A stretch of DNA of 64,000 nt, from positions 325-64,324 of IMG/VR virus record IMGVR_UViG_3300036985_003381; one strand, 5' to 3'. The notes under the pieces are model-generated. The model saw nothing but the letters and a program-made list of their open reading frames with translations, did no database searches and was not told the origin of the DNA. Made by a program: the position numbers and the translations under genes. Shown here piece after piece: positions 8,097 through 17,762 of the stretch; position 1 is the first letter of the stretch, and every line of letters starts with the position of its first letter. This stretch comes from a virus. Lineage: Duplodnaviria > Caudoviricetes.

Positions 8097-9588
8097 TGGT
8101 ATATCTTGCGCTAGACAAAGTTTAGAGCGTTCGAATATTGATGTGGGTACATATTATGCAAGTGAGATAGATAAGTATGCTATACAAGTAACTATGGCAA
8201 ACTATCCAGATACTATTCAGTTAGGTTCAGTTGTAAATGTTAATGCAAAGGAGTTGCCTAAGATTGATATGTTATTTGGTGGTTCCCCTTGTCAAAGTTT
8301 TTCATTTGCAGGAAAGCGTAAGGGTATGTCAACAAAATGCGAGACAGAGATATTAACCCTTGAACATTACTTGGAATTAAAAAATGATGGTTTTGAGTTT
8401 GAAGGTCAATCGTATTTGTTTTGGGAGTATTGTAGAGTTTTATCGGAACTTAGAATAAAAAATCCGGATATATTATTTCTGCTTGAGAATGTAGAGATGG
8501 GAGAGAAGTGGGAAAAAGTATTAAGCAAGGCTATTGGAGTGAATGGTATCCATATAAACTCCTCACTAGTATCTGCTCAGAATCGTAAGCGTATCTATTG
8601 GACAAATATTGGATTAGAACCAGCAGGATTATTTGGAGACTTAGCAAGTATAATTAAACAACCTAAAGATAGGGGTATCTTTCTAAAAGATATACTTGAA
8701 AGTGAAGTTGATGATAAATACTATTTAAGCGACAAGTTAATTGCAGGGTTTGAGAGGCACAAGGTAAGGCACGATGGCAAGGGGACAGGCTTTGCATTTA
8801 AGCCAAAGACAGAGAGCGATAGCAAGGGGAACTCTCTTAGGGCAAATGCAGCATTAGCTCCTACGGACAATATGCTAATAGTTCATAATACTCAGAGACG
8901 TGATCCAAATAGACCTGCAATTAAAAAGAATAAAAATGCTGGTGGTAGTGGTCATTTAACACGAACTGATGGTAAGACTTACTGCTTAGATAGTGGCAAT
9001 ACAAACGCAATAGAATTAGTTGGATGTATCAAATTTGGCAGAACTGATGAAGCAAAGAAAATACGAAAAGAAAGTATGAAAAATGGAAAAGATTATACGC
9101 CATTTCAAGCCAAAGAAATAACTAGTATTGATTACGATAAAATGAATACGCTTACTACTGCGATAAGTAAAGATAACCTATTAATGCAATTAAAATATCA
9201 AAAAGAGATTGAAAAATCATTATCCAATGAAAAAGCAACAACAATAGATGCAAGTTATTATAAAGGTTTTGGAGTTAGAAATGGAGCTTGTAGGCAAGTC
9301 GTTCAAGTAAGCAACAACAATAAATCTAACGGAGGAACTCAACCATACCAACAGGATAGGATTTATGACGTAAACGGTATAAGTCCTGCATTACAAGCTC
9401 AATTGCCAAATGGAAGTAATATGATAAATACCTCACGAATTAGAAGATTAACGCCATTAGAATGTATGCGACTACAGACTATGTCAGATACCTATTTGAT
9501 GCCCGTTAGCGACAGTCAAAGGTACAAGCAACTAGGTAATGGATGGACAATAGAAGTAATTTCACACATATTAAATTATATAAAATGA
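8062..9588 (+). CDS. C5 cytosine DNA methyltransferase
   Basis: Motif I SLFDGIS, IV GGSPCQ, VI ENV, VIII QNRKR, IX RRLTPLECMRLQ, X GNGW. Confidence 0.92.
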   Translation: MKAKKNIVSLFDGISCARQSLERSNIDVGTYYASEIDKYAIQVTMANYPDTIQLGSVVNVNAKELPKIDMLFGGSPCQSFSFAGKRKGMSTKCETEILTLEHYLELKNDGFEFEGQSYLFWEYCRVLSELRIKNPDILFLLENVEMGEKWEKVLSKAIGVNGIHINSSLVSAQNRKRIYWTNIGLEPAGLFGDLASIIKQPKDRGIFLKDILESEVDDKYYLSDKLIAGFERHKVRHDGKGTGFAFKPKTESDSKGNSLRANAALAPTDNMLIVHNTQRRDPNRPAIKKNKNAGGSGHLTRTDGKTYCLDSGNTNAIELVGCIKFGRTDEAKKIRKESMKNGKDYTPFQAKEITSIDYDKMNTLTTAISKDNLLMQLKYQKEIEKSLSNEKATTIDASYYKGFGVRNGACRQVVQVSNNNKSNGGTQPYQQDRIYDVNGISPALQAQLPNGSNMINTSRIRRLTPLECMRLQTMSDTYLMPVSDSQRYKQLGNGWTIEVISHILNYIK

Positions 9589-9911
9589 ACAAAAGAGAAA
9601 AAGTTATTAAAAAATTATCTCGCAATGGATTAATTTATCCACAGGATTTATTAAATACAATGCAATTCTATGACAAGAAGGATTACAAAAAAGCGTTTCC
9701 ACAAATAAAGTTACATAAAGACTGTGTCTATGTAGAGGATTATTTATTCCATATAAATATTCAGATGTTATCTGATGGTACATACTACTGCGAATTGAAT
9801 GATGCAACCGAGTCTGATGAAATGAATACAACTGTCAGAACACGAGATCGGGATAGTGCAATATATTTTATGATTATTAATTCTACAATTGTTAAATATA
9901 AACAAATTTAA
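9585..9911 (+). CDS. Hypothetical protein
   Basis: Track ORF 9543..9911; ATGA overlap at 9585. Confidence 0.65.
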   Translation: MNKREKVIKKLSRNGLIYPQDLLNTMQFYDKKDYKKAFPQIKLHKDCVYVEDYLFHINIQMLSDGTYYCELNDATESDEMNTTVRTRDRDSAIYFMIINSTIVKYKQI

Positions 9912-9928
9912 GACTATATTCGCACTAT

Positions 9929-10225
9929 ATGAAGAGTAAAATATTTGACAATTATGCAGATAATGTGGCTAACGCTTTTAGCATTACAAGGGAAGAATTG
10001 TTTTCAAAAAATAAGGACAGGGAGATATGTACTGCAAGATTTATGTTGTATTATCTGTGTTATAATAGGCAGATGATATTATCATATATAGAAAAGCATA
10101 TGCTAAAGAATGGGTACCATGTATATCACTCAACAGTTGCCTATGGTATTCGAACCATTAAAGAAAAGTTAGGTATCGATCCGGACTATGTGACATTAAT
10201 AAAAAAACTTGAACAATTAAATTAA
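9929..10225 (+). CDS. DnaA domain IV-like helix-turn-helix protein
   Basis: ELFSKNK.REI..ARFMLYYL...HSTVAYGIRTI pattern of DnaA C-terminal domain. Confidence 0.65.
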   Translation: MKSKIFDNYADNVANAFSITREELFSKNKDREICTARFMLYYLCYNRQMILSYIEKHMLKNGYHVYHSTVAYGIRTIKEKLGIDPDYVTLIKKLEQLN

Positions 10226-10230
10226 ATTAT

Positions 10231-10860
10231 ATGACAAATCAGAGATTTTATGACAAATTAAAGAATCCTCCAGCAGGTGTATTGAAAAAGATTACAGGTG
10301 GAAGATTATCGGGAATGACAGACATTAAGCCACAATGGAGAATTGAGGTGATGACAGATGTGTTTGGTCCAATAGGAATTGGATGGTACTATGACGATGT
10401 AAAGTTTGAATACATCAATTGTGCAAATGGTGAGGTAGTATGCAACTGCCACCTTAGTGTTTACATCAAAGATGGCGAGGTGTGGTCTAAGGCAATATTT
10501 GGTACAGGCGGTAGTAAGTTAGTATCTAATGAGAAGTCTGGTCCATATGTAAGCGATGAGGCTGAAAAAATGGCAATGACTGACGCACTAAGTGTAGCCC
10601 TCAAGGCTATAGGAGTTGCTGCAAATGTTTATATGGGTCATTCATTTCCTGCGGATAAAAAAACTGAGTCTCCAATCGAGAATATTTCTAAAGAATTGAT
10701 TTTAAAAAGTGATGATTGGGAAAAAGTTAAATCCTATATAGAATCTAACAAAAGTTTAGGTCTAGATTTAATTACTAATCAGCTTAGTCGCAAGTACACC
10801 CTCAGTCCAAATATTATTAAAGAAATAAAATTAATTATAGATGGAGCAGATTCTAAATAG
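10231..10860 (+). CDS. Rad52/Sak-like single-strand annealing protein
   Basis: DIKPQWRIEVMTDVFGPIGIGW and AEKMAMTDAL..A...GVAANVY motifs; next to exonuclease and SSB. Confidence 0.75.
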   Translation: MTNQRFYDKLKNPPAGVLKKITGGRLSGMTDIKPQWRIEVMTDVFGPIGIGWYYDDVKFEYINCANGEVVCNCHLSVYIKDGEVWSKAIFGTGGSKLVSNEKSGPYVSDEAEKMAMTDALSVALKAIGVAANVYMGHSFPADKKTESPIENISKELILKSDDWEKVKSYIESNKSLGLDLITNQLSRKYTLSPNIIKEIKLIIDGADSK

Positions 10861-11578
10861 ATTAAAAAATGATGATGAGTACTACAAAGGGGAGGGCAAA
10901 CTTTTTTTATCTAACTCTGATATAAATGCTTTATTAAATAACCCAAAGGAGTTTAAGGCTCAGGGAGAAGAAACTCGTCCTATGATAGATGGCAGATATA
11001 TTCACCAATATTTATTAGAACCTGAAAAATGTGTTGATACATTATTTATTGATACAGCCACTAGAAATAATAAGGAGTACAAGACGTTCATTCAAGATAA
11101 TGGAGTGGAGTTTTGTTTCTTGGCTCACGAAATTCAGAACTTACAATATTTGGCTAATACAATGAAGTCTAATCTAATGTTCTATGAATATCTATATGCG
11201 CCAGGGAACACCTATGAAGTCCCTGCAATAGGACAAATAAAGGGTGAGATGTGGAAAGGTAAGGCAGATGTTGTTATGGCTAATGATTTTATTATTGACG
11301 TTAAAACAACCTCTGATATTAATAAGTTTAGATATAGTGCTAAGACATATAATTATGATAGTCAAGCTTACATATATGAGCAGTTGTTTGGTAAGAGGTT
11401 AATATTTCTAGTTATTGACAAGGAGACCTCACAGTTAGGTAAATTTGATGTAAGTGACTCATTCTTGTTATCCGGGGAGTTAAAGGTTGAGGCGGCAATA
11501 AAGGTATTTAATAAATATTATGGTATCAATCCAACTGATGATATTTTACACCACCACATTGCAGAACTATTAGTATAA
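10841..11578 (+). CDS. PD-(D/E)XK exonuclease (RecE/ExoVIII-like)
   Basis: KGKAD...IIDVKTT...YDSQAYIY motifs. Confidence 0.8.
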   Translation: MEQILNRLKNDDEYYKGEGKLFLSNSDINALLNNPKEFKAQGEETRPMIDGRYIHQYLLEPEKCVDTLFIDTATRNNKEYKTFIQDNGVEFCFLAHEIQNLQYLANTMKSNLMFYEYLYAPGNTYEVPAIGQIKGEMWKGKADVVMANDFIIDVKTTSDINKFRYSAKTYNYDSQAYIYEQLFGKRLIFLVIDKETSQLGKFDVSDSFLLSGELKVEAAIKVFNKYYGINPTDDILHHHIAELLV

Positions 11579-11596
11579 AAAATAACAAATTATAAA

Positions 11597-11860
11597 ATGC
11601 CAAAAGAAAAAGTATTCGCCAATGGATTTATCTTTAAACGTAAAGAGTCCGCACCAGAATTTGTAGTAGGTAGATTATCATTAAAAGTTGATGAGGCTAT
11701 TGCATTTATGAAACAACACACTAAAGACGGATGGGTTAACCTAAGTGTTATGAAAGCACGAACAGGTAACTTCTATGTCGAATTAGATACATTTGAAAGC
11801 AAGGAGAGTGTAGCTAAACCTGAATACAAGTTAGATGATGATAACGACTTGCCATTCTAG
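11597..11860 (+). CDS. Putative single-stranded DNA-binding protein
   Basis: Acidic C-terminal DDDNDLPF tail; recombination-module context. Confidence 0.6.
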   Translation: MPKEKVFANGFIFKRKESAPEFVVGRLSLKVDEAIAFMKQHTKDGWVNLSVMKARTGNFYVELDTFESKESVAKPEYKLDDDNDLPF

Positions 11861-11873
11861 AAAAAAACAATTG

Positions 11874-11901
11874 GGGGCAGTATTCTTCTGCCCCTATTTT
11901 T
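11874..11901 (+). terminator. Rho-independent terminator
   Basis: GGGGCAG/CTGCCCC stem followed by TATTTTT. Confidence 0.7.
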
Positions 11902-11929
11902 AATACCAAAAAAACCAATTTATTCCCCT

Positions 11930-12092
11930 ATTACTACTACTATATATAAATATATATAATATATATTATTTTTATAATTATAATTAGGTTAATTAATTAA
12001 CATAATCGACATTAGTTCATCAAATCAGATAGTTAAGCAAAAAAAACGTACATAAAATCGACATAAAAACGACATGCAATGACATACGACAT
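11930..12092. repeat. AT-rich region with AATCGACAT repeats (origin-like, copy 2)
   Basis: TATATATAAATATAT tract; AATCGACAT at 12004 and 12056; degenerate GACAT units running into the primase start. Confidence 0.6.
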
Positions 12093-14481
12093 TACAATAT
12101 TTAAAACAATAAGGGATATAGATGCTCCATTCCATAGGGATGTGATGGTTATATTAGAGAGAATCAAAAACGGAACATCAAAAGAAATAATTAAGAAAAT
12201 ACGATTAGAAAAAAATAAAAATGAAAGAAATGAAATAAAAAAACAGTTGGTTGCTATTTGTTTTAGCGGAAAATTTAATAAGAGGGCTGACAGTTCTATT
12301 ATATCGCATTCCGGTTTAATATGTTTAGATTTTGATGGATATGTAAAGCAAAAGGATTTGCTAGTAGACAAAGAAATTCTATCTAAAAACAAGTTTGTAT
12401 TTAGTGTATTTATTTCTCCGTCAGGTAATGGGTTAAAGGTGTTAGTAAAAATACCACCAATAACAGATAACCATGTAAATTATTTTAATTCATTAGAGAA
12501 ATATTTTGATTCTCCATATTTTGATAAGACGAGCAAAAATATAAGCAGAGTTTGTTATGAGTCTTATGATCCATTAATTTATATAAACAGTGATTCAGAG
12601 GTGTGGGAAAAGATTGAAGAGTATAATCATGTTGAGATTAATAAATTTAAAGATAAGCCAACAATCCCAATTAGTGACGAGAATAAGATTGTAGATATAC
12701 TTATTAGTTGGTGGACTAAGAAGTATCCAATGGTTGAAGGCTCAAGAAACCAAAATGCATACATCTTGGCTATGGCACTAAATGACTTTGGAATTAATAA
12801 GAGTTTGGCAATGTTTGTACTAACCCAGTATGCGACAGATACATTTAATGAATTTGAGGTTAAGACAGTAATTGACTCAGCATACAAGAACACGCAAAAT
12901 TTTGGCACCAAGTATTACGAGGATGAGCAGAGGATTAACTCTATTAAAGAGAAACTGAAGAGAGGTGTGCCAAAAAAGGATATCCGCATCCAACTGCAAG
13001 ATTCCAATTTGGATAGCGATGTAATAGAGGCAGTTTTAAATAGGGTTGATGAAGAAAACCAAAAACTAACCTTTTGGAATAAGAATGAGAAGGGTGCCGT
13101 ATCAATGGTACACATCCAATTCAAATCATTTTTAGAGTACAATGGATTCTATAAGTACTGCCCTGAAGGTAGTAAGAGTTATGTATTTGTAAGAGTTACT
13201 AATAATTTGATTGACCATACAAGCGAAAAAGAGATAAAGGACTTCGTTTTAAGCTACCTAATCGAGTTAGATGACGTTAAGGTATATAATTACTTCGCTG
13301 ACCAAACAAGGTTCTTTAAAGAGGAGTTTATGTCGTTAATTTCTACAGTAGATATTTACTTCATGGAGGACACTCAACATACAGCTTACTTGTACTATAG
13401 AAATTGTGCAGTAAAGATTACCAAGGATAGTATTGTTACCATAGATTATATTAACCTTGGAGGATTTGTCTGGAAAGACCACATAATAGATAGGATATTT
13501 AATATATGTGCTGTTACAGGTCGTTGTGACTATAAAACATTCATTGCTAATATTTGCTACAAGGATGAGGATAGGATTAAGACAATGGAGAGTACAATTG
13601 GGTATTTGCTACATGCACATAAGAACCTATCGTTTTGTCCTGCGGTTATACTAAATGATGAGATTATTAGCGATAATCCTAATGGTGGGACAGGTAAGGG
13701 GTTATTTATGAATGCACTAAGTAAAATGAAGAAACTTGTTGTTATTGATGGGAAGTCGTTCCTATTCGAAAGGTCGTTTGCATACCAACTAGTTTCAGCA
13801 GATACACAAATTCTATGTTTTGATGATGTTAAAAAATACTTTGATTTTGAAAGACTATTTAGTATTGTAACCGAAGGTCTTACATTAGAAAAAAAGAATA
13901 AGGATGCTATCAAGATACCATTTAGCAAGTCACCTAAGATTGCTATAACTACAAACTATGCTATCAAAGGGTCAGGTAATTCATTCGCACGAAGGAAATG
14001 GGAACTTGAACTACACCAGCATTATAATGAGAACTATAGCCCTCTCGATGAATTTAAGAAACTAATGTTTAGCGATTGGTCAGATATTGATTGGTGCGAA
14101 TTTGATAACTATATGATTCAGTGCTTAACCGGATATTTAAATACAGGTCTTGTTAAGTCTAAATTTGTTAACTTAAATATCAGACAATTATCAGCTGAAA
14201 CTTGCCATGAGTTTATTGAATGGTGCGGATTACTAGATAATCAAGAGCAAAATCAAATGCTAGAGGTAGAGACAAGGTTATATAAAAATGATCTATATGC
14301 TGCTTTTATTGAAGAATATCCAGACTATGGTCCAAAGTCAAAAATGACCATAAGTAGAACTAGGTTTTATAAGTGGTTAATATCTTACTCAATGTATAAA
14401 GAAAATACAATGCCTGAAGAAGGGAGAGACTTAACAGGTCGTTGGATGATTATTAGAAGAAAAAAGGATGCAGTTGATTGA
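12079..14481 (+). CDS. Primase-helicase (BT4734/VirE-N AEP domain, PriCT-like region, P-loop NTPase)
   Basis: HSGLICLDFD, FISPSGNGLK, RVCYESYDP; EGSRNQ; Walker A GGTGKG and Walker B CFDD. Confidence 0.85.
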   Translation: MTYDITIFKTIRDIDAPFHRDVMVILERIKNGTSKEIIKKIRLEKNKNERNEIKKQLVAICFSGKFNKRADSSIISHSGLICLDFDGYVKQKDLLVDKEILSKNKFVFSVFISPSGNGLKVLVKIPPITDNHVNYFNSLEKYFDSPYFDKTSKNISRVCYESYDPLIYINSDSEVWEKIEEYNHVEINKFKDKPTIPISDENKIVDILISWWTKKYPMVEGSRNQNAYILAMALNDFGINKSLAMFVLTQYATDTFNEFEVKTVIDSAYKNTQNFGTKYYEDEQRINSIKEKLKRGVPKKDIRIQLQDSNLDSDVIEAVLNRVDEENQKLTFWNKNEKGAVSMVHIQFKSFLEYNGFYKYCPEGSKSYVFVRVTNNLIDHTSEKEIKDFVLSYLIELDDVKVYNYFADQTRFFKEEFMSLISTVDIYFMEDTQHTAYLYYRNCAVKITKDSIVTIDYINLGGFVWKDHIIDRIFNICAVTGRCDYKTFIANICYKDEDRIKTMESTIGYLLHAHKNLSFCPAVILNDEIISDNPNGGTGKGLFMNALSKMKKLVVIDGKSFLFERSFAYQLVSADTQILCFDDVKKYFDFERLFSIVTEGLTLEKKNKDAIKIPFSKSPKIAITTNYAIKGSGNSFARRKWELELHQHYNENYSPLDEFKKLMFSDWSDIDWCEFDNYMIQCLTGYLNTGLVKSKFVNLNIRQLSAETCHEFIEWCGLLDNQEQNQMLEVETRLYKNDLYAAFIEEYPDYGPKSKMTISRTRFYKWLISYSMYKENTMPEEGRDLTGRWMIIRRKKDAVD

Positions 14482-15913
14482 AAGAGATTACGGACATAAT
14501 AACCAAATGATGTATGAGTCTTGTCTTAGGTTGCAGAGAGTTATTAATATTAGCACAACTGAGACAAAACGTGGTAAGATAGAAATAAAATTAAAACATA
14601 AGACAGACATCGAAACAGTAAATAAAATTAATATGAGTTGTGAGCATTATAGATTACTGTCGGAGCGTGACCTGAAAAGACATTCTGAGTTAATTCTTAG
14701 AGACTATCAAATTGATATAACTAATAAGGCAATTGATATAATTAATAGGCATGGATTTGTTTACTTAGCTATGGAAGTTAGGACAGGAAAAACTTTTACT
14801 TCACTATCTATAGCAGAGGATTTAATGGTTAAAAATGTATTGTTTATTACTAAGAAGAAAGCGATATCAGGTATTAAAAAAGATATAAATCATTTTTTAC
14901 CAATCTATAACATAGAGGTAATAAATTATGAGAGTTTGCATACTGTTGAAAACAATCATATATGGGATTTAGTAATATGCGATGAAGCTCACAGTATGGG
15001 AGCATTTCCTAAGCCAAGTATAAGAGCGGTTTCTGTAAAAAATATTTTAAAAAAAACAGGATGCAAGACAATATTCCTTTCAGGAACGCCAACTCCAGAA
15101 TCATACTCACAGATATATCATCAAGTATATGGTGTTGCATTAAATCCATTTAGAGGATTTTCTAATTTCTATAAATTTGCAAATGAATATGTCAATGTAG
15201 TACAAAGAAATATTGCTGGAAATAAAGTAAATGACTATTCAAATGCATTGAAATCCATAATTGATGTAATGAATCCATATACTATTAGTTATACTCAAAA
15301 AGAAGCAGGATTTTTAAGTGAAATAAAAGAAGAGATATTGTATATAAAACTAAAAGAGTCTACCTATAATATAATAAATAAATTAAAAAAAGATTTAGTT
15401 GTTAAAGGGAAAGATGAAGTCATACTAGCAGATACATCCGTAAAACTTATGACTAAAATACACCAACTATGCTCAGGAACAGTAAAGTTTGAGAGCGGCA
15501 ATTCAATAGTACTAGATACAAGTAAGGCAGAGTTTATTAAAAATAATTTTTTGGGATGTAAGATTGGAATATTTTATAAGTTTAAGGAAGAACTAAACGC
15601 ATTAGAAGAAATATTCGGTGATGAACTTACTACCGATCTTGAAGAGTTTGATAATACAAATAAGAACATAGCCCTACAGATTGTATCCGGGAGAGAAGGT
15701 ATATCACTAAAGAATGCTGACTATTTGGTTTACTATAACATCGATTTTAGTGCTACAAGTTATTGGCAATCTAAGGATAGAATGACTACCAAGGAAAGAC
15801 CTGCTAACCAAGTCTATTGGATATTTTCTATTGGTGGTATTGAAAAAGATATTTACAAGCAAGTATTAAATAAAAAAGATTATACATTAAACCATTTCAA
15901 AGAATCATTATGA
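14468..15913 (+). CDS. SF2 (SNF2-like) helicase
   Basis: LRDYQ, RTGKT, DEAH, SGTP, QSKDR motifs. Confidence 0.85.
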   Translation: MQLIERDYGHNNQMMYESCLRLQRVINISTTETKRGKIEIKLKHKTDIETVNKINMSCEHYRLLSERDLKRHSELILRDYQIDITNKAIDIINRHGFVYLAMEVRTGKTFTSLSIAEDLMVKNVLFITKKKAISGIKKDINHFLPIYNIEVINYESLHTVENNHIWDLVICDEAHSMGAFPKPSIRAVSVKNILKKTGCKTIFLSGTPTPESYSQIYHQVYGVALNPFRGFSNFYKFANEYVNVVQRNIAGNKVNDYSNALKSIIDVMNPYTISYTQKEAGFLSEIKEEILYIKLKESTYNIINKLKKDLVVKGKDEVILADTSVKLMTKIHQLCSGTVKFESGNSIVLDTSKAEFIKNNFLGCKIGIFYKFKEELNALEEIFGDELTTDLEEFDNTNKNIALQIVSGREGISLKNADYLVYYNIDFSATSYWQSKDRMTTKERPANQVYWIFSIGGIEKDIYKQVLNKKDYTLNHFKESL

Positions 15914-16248
15914 CATTAAAGCCAATAAATAAAGAATTTATTTTGACACATGGATTTTCTGATCCTGTTAGATATTTTGATGAAGAGATGCAGCAATTTC
16001 GTGTCTATTACGAAATAGAAGGATATTCATCTCCAATACTTATAAGTCCAGTCCCTCGTATATATCGCAATATATCTATAGAGAGTCAAATTGATAGATT
16101 TTCAGATATTAAGACTATAGAGAAAAATAGTGATGAACAATGGAATATTTTTGTAAAGTCATTAGACAACCATTTAACAACATTTCATTACCAAGAAGAA
16201 TTATTAAATTTAATGATGATTTGTGGAAGACCATTAAACGTATTTTGA
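15910..16248 (+). CDS. Hypothetical protein
   Basis: ORF, ATGA overlap. Confidence 0.65.
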   Translation: MTLKPINKEFILTHGFSDPVRYFDEEMQQFRVYYEIEGYSSPILISPVPRIYRNISIESQIDRFSDIKTIEKNSDEQWNIFVKSLDNHLTTFHYQEELLNLMMICGRPLNVF

Positions 16249-16294
16249 ACCAACAATTAAACAAAAAAATTAAATTAATTATAAAACAAAAAAA

Positions 16295-16549
16295 ATGGAA
16301 AACATTAACAGAATTATCGAAACGTTTAAAGACGAGAAAGAAATTATTATTATTTGTAGTAAAGAATTAGCTTTAAAACTCAATCAGGAGATAGCTGATT
16401 TTACTACAAATATAGATGGTCAAGCAGGATTGTTTAAAAACCAAAACAAAATAGATTTAGGATTTAATTCTATTTTTAAAAATGGAGTAACACTACATTA
16501 TACAAGTGATTTTCCAAAGTTCATTGAAGGCATTAAAAATATGGACTAA
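16295..16549 (+). CDS. Hypothetical protein
   Basis: ORF with A-rich start. Confidence 0.65.
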   Translation: MENINRIIETFKDEKEIIIICSKELALKLNQEIADFTTNIDGQAGLFKNQNKIDLGFNSIFKNGVTLHYTSDFPKFIEGIKNMD

Positions 16550-16603
16550 TACAAGAACTAAAGTAGGGGCAAAATACTATTTTAAAATGTAACGTAGTAT
16601 TTG

Positions 16604-16734
16604 CCCTAACGTATGGTGCTATAAGAAATAGCGGATTTTGAAAACGAAAATTTGAATTATGCAGATAAGTTTATTTGAAAACGAAATGTTGAATATAGCA
16701 CAGAACCCGCTATTTCTTATAGCACATGTTAGCG
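16604..16734 (+). other. attC-like recombination site 1
   Basis: CCCTAAC, 5 nt, 19-bp perfect arm (16616-16634 / 16707-16725), 2 nt, GTTAGCG. Confidence 0.65.
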
Positions 16735-17360
16735 GTTGTTCTTTTCCAAAGATTATCCTTCACTTATGTGCTGATTTAGGTAGCGATAGTTTGTTTTATC
16801 AATTATCTGATGAATACGAAGTAATAATGATAGGCGAAGAAATAGGCGTTGAAAATTACAATCCACCGCCTAATGTTTGGGGAATAATTGCAAACCCTGT
16901 ATGCACCGAATTTTCAACAGCAAACGGATTTCATAAAGAAAATGATTTAGAAAAAGGAATGTTTTTAGTAAACCACTGTTTGAGAATTATTGAAGCTGCA
17001 AAGCCTAAATGGTGGGTAATTGAAAACCCTGCAAATGGTAGATTAAAAGAGTTTTTAGGCAAACCAAAACTTGTTTATCAACCTTGGGAATATGGAAGCC
17101 CTTGGACTAAAAAAACAGGATTGTGGGGTGAATTTAAGATACCTACAAAGAAATATACTGATTGGAATAAAGTGCCTAAAAACGATAAACTTTATATAAG
17201 ACCAGGACGCCCAAAACCTGCACTTGCATTTTTACATAAATCAGCAGTTGATTTAATACCCGAAATGCAATGGGCAAAAGATAAAATAAAATGTGATGCT
17301 GATATTCGTTCAATGTGTTCTGCTGGATTTGCAGAGGCGTTCTTTCAGAATAACCGCTAA
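16659..17360 (+). CDS. Small C5 DNA methyltransferase-like protein (cassette cargo)
   Basis: NPVCTEFS (motif IV-like), IENP (VI), KKTGLWG; motif I is divergent (LCADLGS); stop TAA lies in the TAAC of site 2. Confidence 0.65.
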   Translation: MQISLFENEMLNIAQNPLFLIAHVSGCSFPKIILHLCADLGSDSLFYQLSDEYEVIMIGEEIGVENYNPPPNVWGIIANPVCTEFSTANGFHKENDLEKGMFLVNHCLRIIEAAKPKWWVIENPANGRLKEFLGKPKLVYQPWEYGSPWTKKTGLWGEFKIPTKKYTDWNKVPKNDKLYIRPGRPKPALAFLHKSAVDLIPEMQWAKDKIKCDADIRSMCSAGFAEAFFQNNR

Positions 17361-17448
17361 CGGTTGGGTGTATGAGAAGGTTTGCTTAGACGAACTTTCA
17401 AATTAACACTACTGTTAATAGCAAACTTTCTTATACACCTTGTTATGT
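17355..17448 (+). other. attC-like recombination site 2
   Basis: CGCTAAC, 5 nt, 20-bp arm with two G-T pairs (17367-17386 / 17420-17439), 2 nt, GTTATGT. Confidence 0.65.
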
Positions 17449-17516
17449 GTAGTAATTTTGTGGGTAGGAGTTGGATTAAAATACAATTTTAAATATTTAT
17501 ATATAAAAATAAAACC

Positions 17517-17762
17517 ATGAGTAAAGAAATGAGAGAACAAATAAATAAAGTAAAGAACTTCGAACAGTTCTTGAATGAAAATATTGAACAAAATAAATGT
17601 GTTTGTATAAAAAACATTAAATTTAAAAATGGTATGAATTATTTTAAAGACTTTACTTATACTTGTGAAATGAATATAGATAAAGTGTCTGTTGCTTATG
17701 AAGATGGTAGATTTACAACAATGGGTAATGATGTTTTTGATATTCATTTTCAAGTAATCTAA
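17517..17762 (+). CDS. Hypothetical protein (cassette cargo) with KNFEQFLNE leader
   Basis: 81-aa ORF wholly inside cassette 17442-17795. Confidence 0.7.
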   Translation: MSKEMREQINKVKNFEQFLNENIEQNKCVCIKNIKFKNGMNYFKDFTYTCEMNIDKVSVAYEDGRFTTMGNDVFDIHFQVI

